Assembly (NCBI GenBank): GCA_951406725.2
Contig: OX597820.1
Location: 85,436,001-85,500,000 of the forward strand
DNA: 64,000 nucleotides
Direction of reading: 5' to 3'
Origin: Octopus vulgaris
Lineage: Eukaryota
Part shown: positions 13,926-27,612 of the stretch, piece by piece
How positions within the stretch are numbered: position 1 is the stretch's first letter
How the letters are laid out: every line of letters begins with the position of its first letter
The notes under the pieces: model-generated
Told to the model about the DNA's origin: nothing
Database searches by the model: none
Seen by the model: only the letters and a program-made list of their open reading frames with translations
Program-made: the position numbers and the translations under genes

Positions 13926-13986
<61 letters not shown>

Positions 13987-14030
13987 GTGTGTATGTGTGT
14001 GTGTATACATACATATATACATACATACAT

Positions 14031-14670
14031 GCATAAAACCCGAGGACAAAGAAATATAGTATAAGCCATATCCACTCATAATAAAAAGGAGTACTGGTGG
14101 AATGTTCCAGTGATGACCTCAATAAAATGTAAGCACAACAGACCTGATATAATGATTTGGGATAGAGAAGAGAAACTGTGCACAGTCGTGGAAATTAGCT
14201 GCCAAGCGGATGTTAAGATAAAGCTGAAGATCTGTGGAAAAGAGAATACCTACACTTTGCAGTTACTCTATCCAGATTACAGTTTCAGATTTATACCTAT
14301 AATTATTTAGGCACTGGTATATATAACATACTGTCTGAATACTGATCTTGAGAAATTAGGCTTCCCAAAACCAGAAAGGAGAAAGCTGATTCGAAGACTA
14401 CAGATCCATCCATCACTGGAAATGTAAAAATCTGTAAAATTTTCCAGAAGTTTATCCTTTAATTATATATGAGCGTGTCTTGATATGCAACTATATGCAT
14501 GAGAATACATACTCAAAGCAAATCATACAAATCTGCACATATACATATACACATACTTATTAAAAAAATACCCTGTTGTTGTTGAAATTTCAATGAAGGA
14601 GCCTTGAATCTAGGTTAGAAAACGGCTCTTTCTCTATGGGCAAGAAATCTTAAAATAAAAGTGAACAATG
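14031..14670 (+). mobile_element. 3' fragment of an RLE-encoding retroelement, probably a Hydra-clade Penelope-like element; decayed
   Basis: Translates to EYWWNVPVMTSIKCKHNRPDIMIWDREEKLCTVVEISCQADV...LQLLYPDYSFRFIPIII*AL...LEKLGF...VKICKIFQKF (PD-(D/E)xK-type RLE). The 3' UTR has a hammerhead-like motif at about 14584-14632. A diverged partial tandem copy lies at 14785-15110. Confidence 0.75.
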
Positions 14671-14733
14671 ACATACATGCAGGAATACATACATATATAC
14701 GTACATACATACATACATGCATACATGCATACA

Positions 14734-14767
<34 letters not shown>

Positions 14768-14784
14768 CATGCATGCATGCATAT

Positions 14785-15110
14785 GGATACTGGAATATAT
14801 AACAAACCGCCTAAGCATCAGTCTTGAGAAATTAGTCCAGAAAAGAGAAAGCTAATCCTCGGTGTACAGATTCAAGCGAACAAAGACTGTGAAATTTGTA
14901 AAACTGTCCGGAAGCCTTCGTATTTAATCTCAAATGCGCTTGCCATGATGTGAAACTATATGCATGAGAATACATACATAAAACAAAGCGTACAAATCCG
15001 CACAAACATTAAATCTAAATACTGCTCACATACGCATAAACTTGCATAGATGCGTTGTTGATGTTGTTGAAATACCAATGAAGGAGACTTGTATATAGGT
15101 TAGAACCAGA
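14785..15110 (+). mobile_element. Second, more diverged copy of the 3' end of the RLE element at 14031
   Basis: TGGAATATATAAC...CTTGAGAAATTAG...CCAGAAAAGAGAAAGCT...AACTATATGCATGAGAATACATAC...GTTGAAATACCAATGAAGGAG...TAGGTTAGAA aligns to 14315-14620. Confidence 0.75.
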
Positions 15111-16359
15111 TTAGGATTTGGTGAAACTGATTCGCAAAATATGTATTTTTTAAAAGGAAGTAAACAATCTGAAGATCAGCTAAAATAATGCAATCTTCCA
15201 GACTCATTACTATGGAGATATGATGTTGTGCTGTAAAATAATTGGAGGAAAAAGTTACAGAGGTTTAAAAATCGAAAAAAGGTGTATATTTTCAGCCAAT
15301 AGCGAGACAGAAATTTTCTGCGTTTAGTGGAGCGGTCTCAACTTTAAGGTCGTAGCCAGTGAAATTTATAGTCTAGTGTCTGTGAAATTATCTGTTCATT
15401 GTAGGTTTCTAAATAAACAGAAATACCAAGCAAAATCATGTGTCATCTTACTGTTTATTTTGTCTCTTCATTCATTTATTATTTTATAGAAGTTATATAA
15501 ATACATCTGTCTGCATGTGTTTATTTTATTCGTATTTCAGTATTATGTATACCTGTCATGTATTTGTGTACATCATTAATATATATAAGTACAGGTGGAC
15601 GTGTGCATTCATATATAAGTTTATATGTACATTTATGCATTCTTGTTTGTGTGTGTGCGTTGTGTGTGTGTGTGTGTGTGTGTGTTTGTGTGTTTATATG
15701 TGTGTATGTGTGTGTGTGTGTGTGAAAAGGAGGCGTCTGTCTCCAAAACTCCAAAGTTATTACGCTTTCATCCTTGGATTTGTAATCTACAATAACAATA
15801 ACAACACTGGTCAACAAAGAATTTGACCCAAGAGAAAGCAATGTGAAGCTAACTGTTTAAGAAATACTCCTAATTTAGATGTTCATGAATAGAATTAACG
15901 TAGTGAAATCATAAATCCAGCTATCTCAGTCAATGAGTCTTTGAAAGTTAGTAGTACTGTCCATCCATCTTCATACTATGAAGAAACTGTTTAAACATCG
16001 GAAACATATTTTGTTATACTTGCAGTGACTTAACACCCAAGTCACAAAGACGGCGTTTCACGCTGATGATTACTTGCGGCAAAGACACGGGTGAAATGAA
16101 ACACAATACAGCGTGCGAATGCCACGCTGCCTGTTGATTGGCTAAAATTACCCAAATTTCCCAACTTTAATTCCAAATAACATCAGATTCTTTAATTTAC
16201 GAGATAAAGCAATTGGTTGATCATAATCAAAATTCAGAGTTCCATCGATTCGCCAAAATTGAAAGAAATCTGAGCAAAATTAAAGAGGGGCTCATTTTGC
16301 GAATGAGACTGACTAGATCCCCCGACTTTTTCTCCATTGGCAAGAAATCATGATATAAA

Positions 16360-16753
16360 GAGTCTCCTACTACATCCTCAGGCCGACCAAAGCCTTGTGA
16401 GTGGTTTTGGTAGACGGAAACTGAAAGAAGCCCGTCTTCCTGAGCGTCCAATAATACTATATTTGTTCCACGTCCTCGCGTTGCGTTTTTTTTGTGCTTT
16501 CATGTTTGGATTAACTTTGTATATATATATGTTTGTGTGTGTGTATTTGTGCCTGTGTTTGTCCACCCCAACATCGCTTGAAAACCGATTCTGGTGTGTT
16601 TATGTCCCCGTAACTTAACTTTCGGCAGAAGATACTGATAGAATAAGTACTAGGATTATAAAGTATAAGTCATGGGGTCGATTTACTCAACTAAAGGCGG
16701 TGCTCCAACATGGCCGCAGTCAAATGACTGAAACAAGTAAAAGGAGTAAATAG
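16360..16753 (+). mobile_element. 5'-truncated family A SINE with a nested insertion (16436-16520)
   Basis: GGCCGACCAAAGCCTTGTGAGTGG...GAAAGAAGCCCGTC, then an 85-bp insert that is the reverse complement of 62858-62938, then the normal SINE 3' half. Confidence 0.85.
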
Positions 16754-17889
16754 TAATAGCTTTTTCTATGCATGCATGTATATTTGATTTGACGTGTCAT
16801 TTGTACATCCAACTCCGTAAGAGAGTTGTAGACTCGTTGATATGTGATTTACCTTGTATATATATAGGTTTTTACGTAGTCTTGTTCTGATCACTCATCA
16901 TTTGTTCGAGAACAAGAGACAAGTAGTGAAAACGAATATAAGAGGGGCAGAACTTGTAGTTTATTTATCCACATTGAAAACATTAAAGACTACTTTAATT
17001 TCGGTGACACTTGAACTAGATTGCTCACAGTGGGCGCTCTAACTACTCTTCCGAATGGACACACACACACACACTTTGTCCGTTTGTTTAATTCTCTTCA
17101 AAATATTTCATTTCTACATTATACATTTCTACATTTCTCGCTTGTATATGCATTAGCTTACAAGATGAACTACTAACCCATTTCCCCATTGTCGAAAATT
17201 TTATTTCCTTTTAAAACAAATCTCTGCCACGCCTGACCGAACACTACCGCCCATCCTAATTCCTATACAATTGTCTATCAAACTCCATCAACTAATTTAC
17301 TTCTCTTTTCAATAAGCTCGTAGAGGCAGCAATAAAAAACAATAATAGTTTTCTCTTCAGCAGTCTGAAATTAGGTTGAATCCAAAATTGGCGTAGTCTA
17401 TGCCACCAGCTCCTGTCACAAACTTTGCCTCTTCGTCATCCTTTAACCTGTATTTCTTTCTTTTGTCCTTTATAGTTTCTTTCGTTTTGCTTTTTTACCT
17501 TCTCTTCTACTACAAATGATGATGATGAATATGATGATGATGAGGAGGATTCGCTTATTTGCCACAAATTTCTTAACATTCTTTGGACCGAATAATGGTT
17601 GTTGGTAAACTCAGTACAATGCCAAACATTTCAGAGGAAGTGTATTTGCAGACACATTGAACTACAGTATATGACTGGTTCTATATTTTATCGACCCCAA
17701 AGAGTTGAAATGTCAAGTTGGGTGGCGTTAAAATTAAATACCAGTCAAGGACTGACGGAGAATAAAGTAGTATTTATCAGTTGTAAAAATCACGTCGTTT
17801 GTAAAAGGCTTTATTTCTACTGTCAGTTACACAATACATCACTTTTTCATTTGGACCGAAGTCGATTCTATGGGCAAAATATCGGTTCT

Positions 17890-18560
17890 CGTTGTTGTTG
17901 CATTTGCACAGCTTCTAACGCTGGAGATGTATTAAACTGTCAGCTTTTCAATGCCCGGGAATTAAAGTAACACCTCTTATTTTTCGAACACCTTCCGGAG
18001 TATTCGAGTGGTTCCAAACAGTGCTATTTTCTGCAAGTGCTCCACACTTATTGCAGCCCCTATTTGTTCCACGTATTTCTCGAGATTTTTGATCACTGAC
18101 CCCAGGGCTCCGACTATTATTGTTACTGCTACCTTTTTCATCAACCACAACTACTTAACATCCTAAGCTAACCTGTCATATCTCTCGATTTTTCTTCCTT
18201 CGTTATCGCATACCTAGTTGTCAGCTGCTTGTGCCTATGATCCAGCATAGTTTACTTTCTTTCTCAATTAAGACTAAGTCCGGCTTCCTATTCTCAATCT
18301 CATGTTCGCGCTGAATCATAAAATCCCATAGGATCTTTGCATTTCTATTTTCGACAATGCCTTCAGGTTTGTGGTCGTACCAATGTTTTGCTCTGTAAAG
18401 TCCATACTTGTGGCAAATTGTCCAATGGACAAGCCTGAATATATTGACGTCCCTTATATTCCCGCTGGGCTAGTGGCGTACATTGGCTGGTAATATGCCA
18501 TACGGTCTCACCGTTTTATCCACAGATTCTACACTTATTACTTTCTGCTGTGTTGTCTAT
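17890..18560 (-). mobile_element. R4/Dong-clade non-LTR retrotransposon 3' fragment (CCHC finger + RLE); decayed
   Basis: Minus translation with stops and frameshifts: CRICG*NGETVWHITSQCTPLAQRE..VHWTICHKYGL..WYDHKPEGIVENRNAKILWDFMIQ..HEIENRKPDLVLIEKE...VGALGS...LEKYVEQIG...LQKIALFGTTRILRKV. Ends in a (CAA)n tail. Confidence 0.85.
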
Positions 18561-18565
18561 TCTGT

Positions 18566-18623
<58 letters not shown>

Positions 18624-18636
18624 ATGTGTGTGTTTC

Positions 18637-19495
18637 CTGAAATATATTTGCCACCTAAATGTGGCTAACCCTTAATGGTTGATGCTACGGTAGCTTGTAG
18701 CTTCAGGAAGACATCTCCTCCAGCTGACTATTGACACTTGCTGTACCCTTGCAAAGTCATCTTTCCCATCTCCAGCCTGAGGTGATACACACGGACCCGA
18801 GTTTTGGGGTATTGACCCGTCATCAGCGTGTGACAAACAGCGGCTGGCGATGTGAAGTGGTTCTCAATGTAAAAGTATATATTTACTGTTTCCAGTGACA
18901 AAATGTCAATGATCTCAAAAATGTGAAAAGAAGCAATAATAAATCTCTTAGTGAGGTATAAACAGTAGCTGTACGACATCGTGAAATATATTTGTCACGG
19001 AGATGGAAAGGATGACTTCCCTTTGCAAATACTGATAGAGCACAGAAAGTGTGTCAATAGCCAGCTGGAGGAGATGTCTTCCTGGGGCTACAAGCTACAG
19101 TAGCATCAACCTGTAAAGGTTAACCACATTTAGGTAGCAAATATATTTCACAGTGTCGTGCAGCTACTATTTATACCTCGATCAGAGATTTATTATTGCT
19201 TGTTTTCACATTTTCGGGATCAGTGACTTTTCATCACTGGAAAATATATATATATATATTAGCATTGGGAACCACTTCACACTGCTAGACGCGAGTTGTC
19301 ACCCAGAATGTCGGGTCCGTGTGTATCACGCCAAGCTTGAGATGGGCAGGATTACTTCCCTTTGCAAATACTGATAGGTTACAGTGTGCTAATAGCCAGC
19401 TGGAGGAGTATCAACCTTTAAGGGTTAGCCGCATTTAGGTGGCAAATATAATACACGATGTCGTGCAGCTACTGTCTATACCTAGCTGAGATATT

Positions 19496-19497
<2 letters not shown>
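18637..19497. repeat. About 340-bp hammerhead-bearing repeat: one minus copy (18637-18998) then about 1.5 tandem plus copies (19000-19497)
   Basis: 18639-18737 is the reverse complement of 19050-19150. GAGATGG..GAT.ACTTCCCTTTGCAAATACTGATAG recurs at 19000 and 19340. GTCGTGCAGCTACT recurs at about 19155 and 19460. Confidence 0.88.
18788..18832 (-). ncRNA. Type I hammerhead ribozyme motif (GAAA mutated to AAAA in this copy)
   Basis: Minus strand: CACACG-CTGATGA-CGGGTCAATACCCC-AAAA-CTCGG-GTC-CGTGTG. 6-bp stem I CACACG/CGTGTG and GUC cleavage triplet. Confidence 0.72.
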
Positions 19498-19567
<70 letters not shown>

Positions 19568-21540
19568 TACTTAATTTGATTTTCTTTTGCTGCTTTTGTG
19601 TACTGAAGTTGTATGCATTGTTTTCTAAATGCAAGTATCCGGATTTCCCCTGAAAAATTATCATCCCGTTTTAATTTTTTGCTATTTACTAAAATAGGGA
19701 GTACCTCCATACAGAACTAACGGCATTCATTCTTAGATTTCCTGTAAGAAGGCGGTCTTATTATGATGTCTCGGTGTACATCATATTTTGTATTCTCGGA
19801 AACAAAATTAAAGATGTACTTAGCCAGTCTAGTGGAATTACGTAAGTTTTAATTACTAAAGATGTGTGTAGTATGTAACGACATTTAAAGGAATTAGAAA
19901 TGAATCCTAAGTACGAACGTTTATCATTTGCTGCAATGACGCTACAGCTGTAGACGATGTTGAGTTGTAAGTGCTACCACAATGCGGTTAATTAGAAATC
20001 GTTTTGTAACTGCTATATAAAGGTTTCAAATTTGTCAAATATTCACTCCAAATGGTTTCAATCGTAGCGCTAGTCATTTGATTAATGTTGTCCTATATAT
20101 TAACCTGAAATCATGGATTGGAGAAGACTTCCTTAATTTGGTAAGTTTTTGTTGTGTCTTGATCCAGGTCAAGGAAGATGAGCCGGAATAAAGAACGTTG
20201 TCAATTTGGGGTGGATATTTAACTGTAGTGGTTGTTGCTTCGAGGTCTTCTAGGAAGAGAAATTTAAGATCTTCCACTGCTGGATGCATTTATGATGATG
20301 TCCATACTTTAGAATTGCATTCTTTACTATATATACACACATTAGCAATAACGAGAAGATAGGAACACACTGTTTCTCTCTCTTTCTCTCCCTCTATTTC
20401 TGCCTCTCGCTCTCTCTTCTTCTCACTCTCTCTCACTCACTCTTTCTCTTTCTGTGTATTTATGTAGTAAAAAAATAATTTTACATCAGAATTACCCGAG
20501 GTAGGTTTATGTTGCAACATGTTACCCACTGATTACCTGCATTTCTGTCTTAGGTAATTTATCGAGCACGAGAATAATAAAGAACGTTCGATGTGTAGTT
20601 GCCTGGTTGTCGTATTTTGAATTAAGTATAACGTATTTAAATTTAACCAGTACATCAAAGCTTCGACTCTACAAGGTCTCCATATCAATCAGTAACTCTA
20701 TTAAAAACCATCTAGATGTCTCGAATCATCATGAAACTATACTGACAAAAAATCCTTTTCAGAACGCAAATAAATTCAATGTATTTTGCATTTGCAAGCA
20801 GATCTCCCTCTCTCAATGAGACTGATATTGTCCAAGGCAAAACAAGTGCCAATGCAACTTGACACCAGTATTAGGGCATTTTCACGATCAAAATACAATG
20901 AACCGTAATAATGCTGTAAACCTGTCATCTGCTAATCTACCGTTCAGGACAAGTATTTTTTAGTCGACGTAAACAGAAGGGAAAGCAAAGCTGACGTCTT
21001 TGAAATTGAACTCAGACGACAAACATCCGGAACACACAGCTCAAGCCACTCTATCTGAAATTCGATGCACTCTCTCAGTTCTTATATTATCTATATTTTG
21101 CAAATAATAAATTCTAATTAATCAAATTCTAACGTTCATCAATGTTGTTAGCAGAGTGATGCAGTCATATACATGTATCAGTATGTAATTTAAATTCCTA
21201 TACCACCAATTGATATTTGTGCAACTTGAGGAAAAGAGTGATAGTTATTATGAGAGGTCGAAATAAGAATTCATAGTTTCTAAATTTAGCGACGAAATGA
21301 CACGTGACACCTATCTATATTCACTTTTAGATTGTCTTGTGCTGTGCAGCGTTTGTGAATAGATATCCATACAAAGAATACTCTGAGCAACGGCGACCAC
21401 TTGAAATTACTTCTGGTAAGGCTTGAATCATTAGAAATCCTATTAGAAACGCCATATTTTTCCTATTCAGATCATAACAGCAGTCTATGTTTACTTGTCA
21501 TTCAGCAAACTTGCTGCATCACTCATGATCAGAAACACAG

Positions 21541-21685
21541 TATGTATGTCTGCATGTATGTATGTATGTATGTATGTATGTATGTATGTATGTATGTATG
21601 TATGTATGTATGTATGTATGTATGTTTGTATGTATGTATGTATGTATGTATGTATGTGTATGTATGTATGTATGTATGCATGTAT

Positions 21686-21728
<43 letters not shown>

Positions 21729-21897
21729 TATAAATGTGTGTGTCTATGTGTATTTATATATTTATTGATAAATACATACCCGCACACACGCAGGTACATA
21801 CGCACACGTACACGCACATACCTATATACATACATAAATACATACATACATACATACATGCATACATACATACATACATGCATACATACATACATAT
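21541..21897. repeat. Compound microsatellite (TGTA)n-(TA)n-(TACA)n with mirrored orientation
   Basis: (TATG)n at 21541-21690, (TA)n around 21695-21718, (CATA)n at 21826-21897; the outer tracts are reverse complements. Confidence 0.9.
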
Positions 21898-24151
21898 CTA
21901 TGTTATCTCTCAGACTTGAATTTAGTTGATATTTTCTGTTCAATAATCCAATGAATGATGTATAGAAAATGGAACACCGGAATAAATAATTTGTTGAATT
22001 TTATCTATTTTTCTCTTGTCAAATTTGAAATATAGTCTCTCCGACATTGACGTCTATCATGCTGGTTTCATCTGTAACTGTTAAAGATGAATCGGTTTAA
22101 TCAATTCTACCCAGCCTTCTACAAAGATACATATCTCATTCGACCCTTCAGTCAACAATGTATAAAGCATTTCAAATATCAATATTGTGTCTACTTTTTA
22201 TTACAATGTGCTATTAATCGGAGAATTGGCAGACGTGTTAGAACTGCAGACTAATTACCAGCCATCATAGTTTGTTATGATTTCTTTCCCTCTCCCTCAT
22301 CCTCGCTGAGAGTATTCCAGCAGACCAAATAATCGAATCGATACTTTTTGCAAAAACTTTTTAGTTTTCTGCATTCGGGAATTCATCGGATAAAATACCC
22401 TGCAATATTTCTTCTTAATAAGGCAATGAGCTGGCAGAATCTTTAGCAGGCCTGCCAAATTGCTTAGCTCTATTTCGCCCGTCTTTATGTTCTGAGTACA
22501 GATTTTCGTTGAGGTCGATAAAATAAGTATCAATTGAGCACTTGTATCCATGTAATCCATGGCCACCCCCTCCATCCGAACTTCCTGGCCTTTTGCCAAA
22601 TTTTTAAACCAATATTTGTTTTTCTCTTTTACATTTTGATTTTAAATAGCATCGAACTCTACTTGCTTTTCATCTCTTCAAAATCAATAAAATACTTTAT
22701 AAGTTTAGTACAGGGCTAGACGTTATCGACATTTGCTTTTATCTTTTAGTTAGCGGAGAGAGAAGTAGCTGTGGTACTATGTAGGATATCCGCGAAAAAT
22801 TGGAGGAGGGAACCTATCATTAAGACAGAGACCAAGGCTCATTGCCGGCAATAAAGGGGAGTCAGGTCAAAGAACCCAAACCTTCAGTCGGTAGTGTTAA
22901 ACTGGGTGAAGAATGAGATATGCCATCCAAATAGGCCATGGAGGGAGTTAAAATCAAAATGCAAAATGCCGAAACAAATATCGCAAGACACCCGATTCCA
23001 CGTTCTTACACTTTTGCCAACTAATCGCTTTGGATTTGTTCTTTTTATCAAGGTGAATGGATGAAAGATAAAGTTATACTTGTATTAGAAGCAGCGAATA
23101 TCAGCACAAATACCACGAGATTTTGTAACGACTCAACCAATTCACCATGATTACACTACTATCAGTATTGTTGGTCTTTTGCCTCCAGATTCACTTAAAA
23201 TAATTTTCGAAGACAATCGCTTATTTTGGTATGAAGTATTTTAAATATTTTAATTTTGTCGTAAAATCGGATTAGGAAGAACACTGGCTAAATCTCAGAG
23301 AGTCTATTTTAACTGCAATATCCCCCTCTGGAGATATCTGTTAGATATTAATTTCAAATATGTACTGGGTCGATTTTTAATCCCAGGGTTTTCGGATGAA
23401 AAACTAAAAACGTCATAGGAATGTTCAATATAGAATGTGTGCGTGTGTGTGCATGTGTGCATGTGTGTGCGTGTGTTGGCGCGCGCGCGAGTCAGTGTGT
23501 GCTTGCGTGGAAGTGATTATCTTTTCTTTTGTTGAATTGAATTCTTTAGAGTTCAATTGTTTTAAATTTGGTGGTATTTTCTTATTAGTCATTTATGCTA
23601 GTTTGCAGTGTTAAGAAATTATTGCCTTTCCGTTCCTGCTGGATAAAATGTTAAGGACAACAACATCCAACAAGCATACTTACATACCTTAAGATCCGTT
23701 CCTTTCTATGACAAGTTACATGATACTCCGAATTGTATTAGATAGAAATAGATTCCGGTTATGAAGTTTTAGCTGCTGCAATAGTCATCTTCCGATGTTA
23801 CCATTATTCCTTTCTCATAAGCTTTATTTGTTGATCGGGAACGATCTTCATCCGATAAATAAAACTTCAGTATCATTGTATGTATTTAGAAGACGATAAC
23901 AGTTTTGTGTGTCAGTATATATTTTCAAGTGAGCCGCTGTTTTTCAAGATGCAAAATATAGCTGATATTCTTCTTGTTAGTCTTATCACATACTCTCTAT
24001 AGAGTTCAAACGTTTATTTAACAAAGAATTTAAAGTTTTATTCGCTTTCATTTCTCACATTGCTTTCTCATATTAATTCTGTGTGTCTGTGTGTGTATAC
24101 ACACATATACTGTATGTATTATGTTTGTTTGTATGTATGTATGTATGTATG

Positions 24152-24183
<32 letters not shown>

Positions 24184-25852
24184 CATGTATATATGTTTGT
24201 ATAAATGTACATATACTGTGTTTATATTTCTGTTTATGTACAATTATGTTCATAATAATATGATTTATAATAGCAATACGGTAAATATTTATAATATTAC
24301 TTCTATCTCAGCAGGTTGCAATTAATAGTTAATGTCATACTTTATTATTTTATGGCATATCTTATTCACCAAACTACATGTGGAATAACTATAAGATGTT
24401 AAATCTATCTATGGTGTTGTAAGTCATCTTGGACTGTCCATTTTGCCATTACTCGCAAATATGTACATAAATCTGTAACTGATTATTATAATTGTTATGT
24501 TTACAGATGCATTGTCAGATATAAAATTTGACTGAATAGATTCTCTGAAGTAGATTTAAATTCCGTCTCAATATATTTCATAACATTCGATATCATAGTA
24601 AACGTTATATGTGTGGAAAAGTGGCCGCATGTATTAACCATCTACAAAAGAAGTGCAATAAATCAGTACAAAATGTGGATGAAAGTATGTATGTCACTGG
24701 TGGTAAATGAGTACATGCAGATGATGCTTGATCCTTGATATGAACTGACGGAAAAGTGATATGTAGACAAGTCCATTGATTTTATATTCAGTATAAAATA
24801 AGGGATTTTATAAGATTTGTTTATAAGGTAGTTATATCAAAGAAGCAGAGAGACAAATATGATGATAAATGTCAGAACGAACATAAAGTGTGTGATTTCT
24901 CCGCAATCCAGTATGAAAATCAAGTAAATATGAAGGAAACTGAGAAATATTAGAGTCTACCTGGACAAGTAAAGTGATTTGAATCAGGTGAGAAAAATTG
25001 ATTGCGTGGTAATTAGTATATTTAAAACAATCAATGATCTTGAAATCTGACACCTGTTTTGGGAACAGGGTCAATAAAGGTTTTTGAATCACAAAAGACC
25101 ACACTTGCATCTCTAGTAATTAAATCAGCATTGATAAAAAGATATATCAATCAATAAAAAGAAAAGGAAAATGTTTCTCATTTACCTTTTCCAGTTTTTC
25201 AGGACGTCAACTGTTTTACTCGAACAAATATAACAACTAAGCTGTCTACCTTCTCTCTTAAAGTTTATACCTTTTGTCTCGGCGCATCATACGGAGAACT
25301 GTTCCGATAGTCTTCTGTTGCTTTCAGGGTTCATAATGATTTGAAAAGGATCCTACACGATATTGCTATTGCAACATAAATTAATGTGAAACACGAGATG
25401 AGATTACTAGTAATACATCATGTATTGAGAGGAAATCTCACTTCTGTGTTTTCGCTCAATTGTTAACATTTAAATCGCGTGATCTAAGTGCTAACTTTAT
25501 ACAGAAGGTGAAAAGAAGGTTAATAAATACTCTCCTTTATCTTCCAAGAAATCTGGACAAAATAAACGCCCCTTCTTTGAAAAGCACAGGGAATTATCTG
25601 CCAACAATGAAATTATAGGACTATGTCATTCACCCTGTTTTAAATATAATATCAATATCCATACCAGTCAACAAATCCTAAACTTAAGCACGATAAACAT
25701 AGACAGTTTAGTGGCGCAAAATTCTGTAAATAACTTAACATATCTCTTTTAAAAATGCAAATTAAACATATAAAATAAAAATGCCTGCATATATATAGAC
25801 ATGTACATATACATATGTATGTAGATATGTATACATATTATATATATATATG

Positions 25853-25883
<31 letters not shown>

Positions 25884-26596
25884 AAATATATGCATGTATA
25901 TATACATATATATACACACACAGACATATGCACACATATATACACATATACACATATGTGCGTATTTTTGTGTGTATGTCAGTGTATGTTCGTGAGTTGG
26001 AGATATGTGAGGGTATGTAATAAGAGAGAAGGAATTAGAAGCAGTAAGAAGAGCGTGTACATTTCACGTATATTATGCACCTAATTAGAAATAAGTAAAC
26101 GAATGGCATGGCAGCTACAGTAAAAACATGAAGAACACGAAAGAGAATATATAAAATAAAATCCACATGTCGGAAGATTTCTGCATTGAAATTTAATCAA
26201 CGATGTCTTTGATTACTTAGTCCAAGACTTTTAACTATGATGCTATCTGACAATCAAAGCTCTACTAGCTGCGAATCGTAAGTTACAATCTTCTGAGATT
26301 CAATACATAGTTTGCAGACGTGGCTTGGTTGGTAGGGGTGTTAATGCGAGGCGGATGAAACAGATACAGACATGAGGTGGATGGAATGGGTGCACAAGTG
26401 TTGCGGACAGAACGGATATAGACTGGGTGTGGATGGGATGGGTGCAGAAATCGAATCAATACACTAACTGTAATTCGTCGACGTAATGATAGGTGGAAAC
26501 AGGAAATTAAATTTTCTTAAATATATATTAAAAATACATTGCAAAAGGTTATGTAACGTTTAATTTGTATGCACAGTGTCCGTACATATACTTTTG

Positions 26597-26632
<36 letters not shown>

Positions 26633-26668
26633 TACATATACATACAATTACATACATACATACGTACG

Positions 26669-26792
<124 letters not shown>

Positions 26793-26944
26793 TTGTAGGT
26801 ATCTGTGAATGTGTCTATGCATTTATATGTGTGAATGTGTGTTTGTGTGTCTGTGTTTGAATGTACGCGTGTAAGTGCATCGGTATGTATATATATATAT
26901 ACATATATATATATACATAGATATGAATATATACGTATATATAA

Positions 26945-27005
<61 letters not shown>

Positions 27006-27099
27006 TGAGTGTGAGGCTGCGCACGCACGTTCGGTCTATAATGTACCTCACGGCTAATTTGGCATGCATTATGAATTACGTTTTGTGCGTCTCAAGTGA

Positions 27100-27590
27100 T
27101 TTCACTCAGTTGACCCAGCTAGTGTATGTCCCAGCTTGTATATGATTGGTAGCAAACCATGTTCTTTGTCTTCCTTTCTTATTCCAATCCAGCTATTAGC
27201 CTTGTTTGCAACTTCAGTTTTGAAATGTATGGATCTACTGTCGCTGAACCAGTAACACCAAGCCCTGTCAGCGCTATGTACAATGAACTCCCACAAACCT
27301 CAGCATCTTATTCTAATTTGTTTGATGTGTTACCACTAACCTCGGCTTCTGCAAAAATCTACAAATCCTGGGTTTCTGTAAGCTTTCCATCATGAACATC
27401 TTCCATCCGTTCGTCGTAGACGAAAGCCTGTGTCCGTTTCCACATGATCAACTACTTGATAGTGTCTGACAAAATGACTATGCTTGGATTGCGTGTCGTT
27501 AACATGACATTACCAGAGAACCTTAATTGTTGGACAATATTGCACTTTCAGTTGCCAGTTTGGGTTTATGGAAAAAGCCCATGTGTCATT
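27100..27590 (-). mobile_element. HERO-like RLE non-LTR retrotransposon 3' remnant; highly decayed
   Basis: Minus translation: NWQLKV..QLRFSGNVMLTTRNPSIVILSDTIK*LIM...DERMEDVHDGKL..QDL..CRSRG...GSSLYIALTGLGVTG...VANKANSWIGIRKED. This follows the HERO-type pattern RPDIV..ELTVPWEERMEEA..LGVTG..AEKAS.W.W. Confidence 0.65.
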
Positions 27591-27612
27591 AAATGTAAAC
27601 TTCTGCATACAT

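Noticed and set aside
16060-16118. CACG-CTGATGA...GAAA...CGTG as a hammerhead
   Set aside because: Stem II is weak, there is no stem III or properly placed UH, and it lies in an apparently unrelated MITE-like repeat.
24560-25360. Coding-like composition and splice-like sites
   Set aside because: Frequent stops in the frames read and no family recognised; possibly a decayed element, but unsupported.
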